A stretch of 64,000 bases of DNA, from positions 864,001 to 928,000 of the forward strand of contig CBDBCR010000003.1 of the NCBI GenBank assembly GCA_965203465.1, given 5' to 3'. The notes below the pieces were generated by a model. The model ran no database searches. It saw nothing but the letters and a program-made list of their open reading frames with translations, and was not told the DNA's origin. The position numbers were made by a program, and so were the translations under genes. Shown piece by piece: positions 59,003-64,000 of the stretch. Source of the DNA: Nitrosopumilaceae archaeon (GTDB taxonomy: Archaea; Thermoproteota; Nitrososphaeria; Nitrososphaerales; Nitrosopumilaceae). How positions within the stretch are numbered: position 1 is the first letter of the stretch; each line of letters begins with the position of its first letter.

Positions 59003-59425
59003 GTGAAAGCCTACGACAGAAAAGTGCAGAAAAAGGGGACAAGCGGGTTCTTCGTGGCCATCCCGTCCCCGATAGCCTACGCGCTCGGCATAGAAAAGGG
59101 CAGCATCGTCCGGTTCTGGTCCGTCAACGGCAAGTTCATCGCCAAGCCGGTTTCGGTGGACGGCTTGACGAAGAAAGACCTGGCCGATGCCGACAAGTAC
59201 GAAGAGGCCGTCAGGGGGATCCGCGAAGAGCTGAGGGCGGGCACCATAGGGAGGCCCGGCGGGGCAGCCGGGGACGGAACGGGATCCGGGCAGGCCGACG
59301 GCCGGCGGCCGGAGAACCGGCAGGCCGAGCCGGATCATCTGGGCCAGGAGGATACCAGCCCGGACAGGAGGCGGGGGAGCCGGCCCCTGAGCAACGCCGA
59401 GAGGCTCAAGAGGCTCAGCATCTAG
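59003..59425 (+). CDS. AbrB/MazE/SpoVT-family DNA-binding protein (paralogue 2)
   Basis: MKAYDRKVQKKGTSGFFVAIP..IAYALGIEKGSIVRF. Same CCTTAAGTGG..CCGG promoter as paralogue 1. Confidence 0.85.
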   Translation: MKAYDRKVQKKGTSGFFVAIPSPIAYALGIEKGSIVRFWSVNGKFIAKPVSVDGLTKKDLADADKYEEAVRGIREELRAGTIGRPGGAAGDGTGSGQADGRRPENRQAEPDHLGQEDTSPDRRRGSRPLSNAERLKRLSI

Positions 59426-62400
59426 ACCACGGTCACCCGGACGGACTTTTTTTCGGCCTCGTCCAGGTCCTCGAATACCTTCAGGACGGCCCTGCTCTTG
59501 GACCATACGTGGCACATGCCGAACCCCATGCCCCTCCACTTGGTCATGTTGTACCTGACGTGCTCGGGGTGGCTCCGCACCTCGCTGACCGATTCTATCT
59601 CGATGCTGACCGGGGTCTTGGTCTCGTAGTCGTAGGCGACAAGGTCCGTCCTGTCGACCCCCTTGCGGACCGTCTGGTCGGCCACGGCCACGAAGAACCC
59701 CTGCTTTAGGTACGCCTCGAAAGCCTGGCGGGCCACGCCCTCCACGTCGTCTGCCGAACCCACGGGGGCGACATCCGGCTCAAAGTACGACTTGCGGGCG
59801 CTCGGCGACAGCTCGTAGGGGGCCGCCCGTCCCCCGTCGGTCCGCCTCAAAATCCCCTTGGCCGCCATGGCCTTGAGTACGGGCAGCAGCTCGGCCCTGT
59901 TTGCCGTCTTCATCTTCAGGGCTATCTCGACCTGCTGCATGGGCTTTTCGGAAAGCAGCAGCATTATCCTCCATTCGGTACGGGGCGGCACGTCCACGTC
60001 CAGCGACGCCTTCCACTGGACGGGTCCGGCGGCGCGGACCGCCCCCTCTACCACGCCGCTTCCGTACTTTGCAAGCTGTGAGGACACGAACTGCTCGAAC
60101 GCGCCGGCCGAGACCAGCCCGGGCGGGGGGCTCAGCCAGAACTGGCAAGGCGGCGGCTGCTCCTTGCCGGGCGGCGCCTTTTCCCTCACCGTCCAGTGGA
60201 AATATTCCTGGCTGGCAAGCTGGTGCTGGAGCGGCTTTTGGAACTGGGGATCCCAGATCTGCGATATGCGGGCCGCGTCCCTGCCGTTGACGCGCCCGAC
60301 GAACTGGGTGCCAGAGTTGCCGGTGATTATGCCCAGCTGCCTGTCGCTGATCTGCTCGGTGGTCTGGTGTGACAGCACCAGCCCGAGGCCCAGCGAGCGG
60401 GCCTGCTCCAGCATCAGCTGCAGAACCTGCAGGTCCTTTACTATCTGGAACTCGTCCAGGGCCAGTACCACCTGGGTGCGGTCGCGCTCCGGTGTCCGGT
60501 CGGCCCGCTCCTGTATGGTAAACCACAGCTTCAGGATGAACGCCTGCATGGCCAGCGGCTGGACGTGCTGGGGCATGTTCAGGGGCGATATGCGGACCAC
60601 CGTGCAGCTGCCCGGCTTGATGAGCTCGTCGAAATCGACGGTCCCGCGCCGCACAGAGAACATCCTCTTGAGCACCGGATCGGTGGCAAACTGCTCCACG
60701 CGGTTCAGCAGGGGCACGAAGGCGTCCCCCTTGAGGGAGGATATGCTCTCGAGGGCCTGGGCCATCTCGGGGTCCGGCTCGCCGTACTCGCGGATGACGT
60801 CGGCCAGCGCGTCCTTGCCGCCCTGCAGCCTCAATATGATACCGTGCATGTCCAGAAAAGTCGGGGCGTCGTGCTTCATGTACATGTAAAAGAGCAGCGC
60901 GCGGAAAATCCTCTCCATCTGCACGTAGCTTGCAGACTGCTGGTACCATTCTTCTATAGTCTTCATAAAGTAGCCGACGTACCGCGAGACCACCTCCTCG
61001 CGCTCCGATTCCTTGTGGGGCGGCAGCTCCAGCGGGTTTATCGAAAAGCGCGTCTCCTGCGGGTCCAGATAGTGGACACGGCCCTCCTCCAGAGAGCCGG
61101 GCAGACACTGCTGGACGAACTTGCGGGAGTCGTCCCCCTTGGGATCCACGTAAATGAACGCGTTGGGGAATTGCCCCGAGTCGTTCCACGCCTCTAGGTG
61201 CTTGGCGAGCAGCCGGATCAGGGAAGTCTTGCCGGAACCGGACCCGCCGACCGCGTACAAGTGGGTGGCAAAGTCGGACGGCGACACCACGGCCGCCTCG
61301 GCGTCCTTGGACCGCACCGTTCTGCCCCACTCGGGGGCGCCGGCGCCGGGCATAAACGAGCCGAGCGGCCCGCCCTCTTTTTCGGATGGCTTTGTGGGCA
61401 TGGCCACGCCGCGGGTTGTGTCTAGATTGGGCGTGGACGGGGACGGCAGATGCACCAACAGCGGCATCTCCGGGAGGGTAAGCATCAGGAATGGCAGGGG
61501 ACGCCGGTCCTTGTAGCCGAACAGGCCGCGCCCGCAATAACCGGACAGCGCCTTTTCTAGGTGCTGCTCGGGGTCGGGCAGCAGGCGGCGCGTGAACATC
61601 TCCAGGCGGTCGAGCTTTTGGCCGCCCGCCCGTATTACGGATTTTTTGGATCCCAGCTGCCACTTCTCCGCGTCGCGGTACCGGAACTTGGTCAGGTGCT
61701 CGTGGCCCGAGCGCACGCTCTCGACCGGGAGCGCCTCGATCTCGTCGAAATTGAGTTCTATGTCGTCGTCGCTGACCGTCAACCCGCGCACGGCCATCAG
61801 CACGTGTGAGCCCTGCATCTTCAAAGTCGCGTGCTTTTGCAGGCCGGCGTAGTTGTTGTCGAAATCCCTGCCCGCCTCCGGATGATCGTGTGGCTTTTTG
61901 TCGGGGTGCATCAGTATCTCGGTATTGGACAGGTAGTTGCCCCGGCGTATCTCGCGGACCTTGCCGTCCAGCCTGGCCACGTGCCGCCTCAGGAAGGGGT
62001 TGAAGGAATACGACTTGAAGACGAACTGTATCCAAGCCTTGTCTGAAAGCTGGACGGTGCTAGCGATCTGCGACATTATCTGGTGGGCGCGCGCCTTGTC
62101 AAAGACGGTCGCGTAGTGGCCGTGGTAGGCGCCTATGTCGAACACGCGGTATTTTCCTGCCGGATCGAACCAAGACGGCGCGGTTTCTGCGTCGGAAAAC
62201 CCCGCGCTGGGGTACATGTTGCGGAACGCCTGCCGGTACCCCGCCATGTCGGCCCTCTCGCAGGCCAGTACCATCCGCAGCTGCTTTTCGGAGCCGTCCC
62301 ACCACACCTCGTAGCTTCTCACGCCGGGGCCTGCCAGCCCGCCGGCCGCCTCGACTGCCTCTTTTTTGTCCATCTCTACGGGTACAGACACCGAGCAGGC

Positions 62401-62493
62401 CGATATGTCGCCGGGCCCTGGCAGGAACTTTTCGGCCATGTCCAAGGCACCTTTCGGCTTGCGCCCGTTGGCCAGCCGCCATTTCCCGCCCAC
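59422..62493 (-). CDS. VirD4/TraG (HerA/FtsK superfamily) coupling-protein-like ATPase with C-terminal wHTH and PD-(D/E)XK-like domain
   Basis: HLYAVGGSGSGKT, YVDPKGD, SINPLE, LDEFQ, EQARSLGLGLVLSHQ..Q, GNSGT, and C-terminal DLVA...IEIE. Start is GTG 62493 or ATG 62439. Confidence 0.85.
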   Translation of the reverse strand: MGGKWRLANGRKPKGALDMAEKFLPGPGDISACSVSVPVEMDKKEAVEAAGGLAGPGVRSYEVWWDGSEKQLRMVLACERADMAGYRQAFRNMYPSAGFSDAETAPSWFDPAGKYRVFDIGAYHGHYATVFDKARAHQIMSQIASTVQLSDKAWIQFVFKSYSFNPFLRRHVARLDGKVREIRRGNYLSNTEILMHPDKKPHDHPEAGRDFDNNYAGLQKHATLKMQGSHVLMAVRGLTVSDDDIELNFDEIEALPVESVRSGHEHLTKFRYRDAEKWQLGSKKSVIRAGGQKLDRLEMFTRRLLPDPEQHLEKALSGYCGRGLFGYKDRRPLPFLMLTLPEMPLLVHLPSPSTPNLDTTRGVAMPTKPSEKEGGPLGSFMPGAGAPEWGRTVRSKDAEAAVVSPSDFATHLYAVGGSGSGKTSLIRLLAKHLEAWNDSGQFPNAFIYVDPKGDDSRKFVQQCLPGSLEEGRVHYLDPQETRFSINPLELPPHKESEREEVVSRYVGYFMKTIEEWYQQSASYVQMERIFRALLFYMYMKHDAPTFLDMHGIILRLQGGKDALADVIREYGEPDPEMAQALESISSLKGDAFVPLLNRVEQFATDPVLKRMFSVRRGTVDFDELIKPGSCTVVRISPLNMPQHVQPLAMQAFILKLWFTIQERADRTPERDRTQVVLALDEFQIVKDLQVLQLMLEQARSLGLGLVLSHQTTEQISDRQLGIITGNSGTQFVGRVNGRDAARISQIWDPQFQKPLQHQLASQEYFHWTVREKAPPGKEQPPPCQFWLSPPPGLVSAGAFEQFVSSQLAKYGSGVVEGAVRAAGPVQWKASLDVDVPPRTEWRIMLLLSEKPMQQVEIALKMKTANRAELLPVLKAMAAKGILRRTDGGRAAPYELSPSARKSYFEPDVAPVGSADDVEGVARQAFEAYLKQGFFVAVADQTVRKGVDRTDLVAYDYETKTPVSIEIESVSEVRSHPEHVRYNMTKWRGMGFGMCHVWSKSRAVLKVFEDLDEAEKKSVRVTVV

Positions 62494-62646
62494 GGTTGCC
62501 GGTGCCGGGCCGCATAAAAGGTACCTATAGGCGCAACCTGAGACTGGTAGACGCCGCACAAATGAGGCATCTTGTCCTGACTGTCCACGTCTCTGACATG
62601 TACGAATTTGGCATGTCGTACGCATGTGTGGCGGCGATAATTGGCG

Positions 62647-63234
62647 TTAATACTCGCACACTGCCAACCCGTACACCTTGCTCTCCAAACCGTCGGTCCA
62701 CATGGGAATGGCGCACCTGCCTTCCGAAGCAAACGTGTCAGTGTCCATGAAGCAGTGCGGTAACCCGTTTCCGGCCGCGCTGGTCCTGTTCCCGTCCACG
62801 ATGATCGTCCGATCTCCCATGGCGACGGGCATGGTGGAATCTGCTATCGAATTCATGATGCCTAAAAACCGCTCGTACAAGTCTTCGTTGTTGGCGTCAG
62901 ACGCACGGACGGTCTTTATGAAGGATCTCCCGATCTTAGTCAGACTGAAGGCCTCTCTCTTCTGCATCGCGTGCACGGCCGCCGTTATGACATCCGTGTT
63001 GGGTTCGGTGAAACATGCTTCCCATTTGTGATCGCGCACTATCAACTTCCTGATCACCTTGGCGTAGTTTTTTCGAGCCACTCCATTCATGATGCCGTCA
63101 ATCTTCAACACATTTTTCTTAAACACGTCAAACTCGTCGTATTGTGCGGAATGCCGAACGTTAATCATGCAATCGAACAGCGCCACAAAGTCTTTGTCGG
63201 ATACCATCTTTTTCTCAAAGTTAAACATGTTCAT
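62647..63234 (-). CDS. Hypothetical low-GC protein with weak ParB/Srx-like motif
   Basis: IIVDGNRTSAA resembles I.DG..R..A. Confidence 0.5.
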   Translation of the reverse strand: MNMFNFEKKMVSDKDFVALFDCMINVRHSAQYDEFDVFKKNVLKIDGIMNGVARKNYAKVIRKLIVRDHKWEACFTEPNTDVITAAVHAMQKREAFSLTKIGRSFIKTVRASDANNEDLYERFLGIMNSIADSTMPVAMGDRTIIVDGNRTSAAGNGLPHCFMDTDTFASEGRCAIPMWTDGLESKVYGLAVCEY

Positions 63235-63597
63235 GCTCCCAGATCGGCGGATAGAGCCAAACGCACGCGATCTACGGCAACGCGGACGGCGCGCTCGCAA
63301 ACGACGGCGTTAGCTGCACCGCCACCCGACCCATCCGTCCCTGCCAGCCCGCCGGACGGCGGAGGGGCCGCATCCGGGTCGAAACAGGCCGTGGTCGCGC
63401 AGGACATCACAGAATACTCGGAGAACACGGCGCGCCGACGCGCTCGCTATGATTTAAACCCCGCCGGGGCGTGGCTTTGAGCCGCGGCTTGACCGTGTTG
63501 TCCGGCACACGGCATCGCCGAGGTGCAATGCAGTCATCCAGTTTGCCGGCAGACGCCGTCGGGAAACCCGGTAGCCGGCACTGTCGAAAATCTGGTC

Positions 63598-64000
63598 TCA
63601 AGCTGCCAGCTTGTACAGCCCGCGCGCGTTGCTCATCACGGGGTCGGACGGCACCACGATCTTGCGGCCCTTTAGGCGCGCCTCCAGCTCGTCGCGCACG
63701 CCCGGCATCAGCAGCCCGCCGCCCGAGAGCGCCAGGGGGTACCCGTACTGGCCCGCCACGTCAGAGACCTCGGCCGCCAAGTTCTCGGCCAGCACGCGCG
63801 CGTACTTTTTGCAGACATCCTTGTGCGCCTCCAGCGCGGACGGATCCAAGTGGGCGAACCTGCCCACTTTTTTGGTCACAAAGTCCGAGGCCCAGGCCGA
63901 GCTTGCCCCGTCTATCACTTCCGATCCGTCGACGGCGACTATCTCGGTAGTGCCCTGCCCTATCGAGACCACCACGCCGGTGTCCATGTCTAGATCCACC
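63598..64000 (-). CDS. Actin-fold ATPase (ParM/MreB/MamK-like), 5'-partial
   Basis: Phosphate-2 VVSIGQGTTEI, adenosine LSGGGLL.PG, connect-2 DPVMSNARGL. Confidence 0.85.
   Translation of the reverse strand, partial: VDLDMDTGVVVSIGQGTTEIVAVDGSEVIDGASSAWASDFVTKKVGRFAHLDPSALEAHKDVCKKYARVLAENLAAEVSDVAGQYGYPLALSGGGLLMPGVRDELEARLKGRKIVVPSDPVMSNARGLYKLAA

Overview
High-GC archaeal chromosome segment. 4-hydroxybutyryl-CoA dehydratase, TFB, rps8e, SRP19, Gar1, rpl10e, tRNA-intron endonuclease and CFI-box/LVIVD surface proteins point to an ammonia-oxidising archaeon (Nitrosopumilaceae). The high GC and gene decay suggest a host-associated lineage (inference). Positions 1-41 kb are mostly intact core genes, including tRNA-Glu(CTC) and tRNA-Gly(GCC), interrupted by small accessory islets: an ATPase plus TOPRIM-like pair, a ClpP-like protease operon hit by IS630, a HipA-like kinase with a Panacea-like gene, a SWIM-finger IS and DUF3800. 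Three small elements missing from the ORF track were read by hand: a 44-aa metallothionein-like protein, a 32-aa C2H2 zinc finger and a C/D-box sRNA candidate. Positions 41.3-56 kb form a decaying defence island: Hhe-like helicase-nuclease, second IS630, EcoRII-like and PD-(D/E)XK nucleases, vsr remnant and a MORC-REase fusion. Positions 56-64 kb look like the edge of an integrated plasmid or conjugative element. They hold a triplicated non-coding module, AbrB paralogues, an iteron array ending in a 22-bp palindrome, a VirD4/TraG-like ATPase fused to wHTH plus a MOBC-like D-x14-E-x-E nuclease domain, and an actin-like ATPase. All domain calls come from motif recognition by eye. No searches were run.
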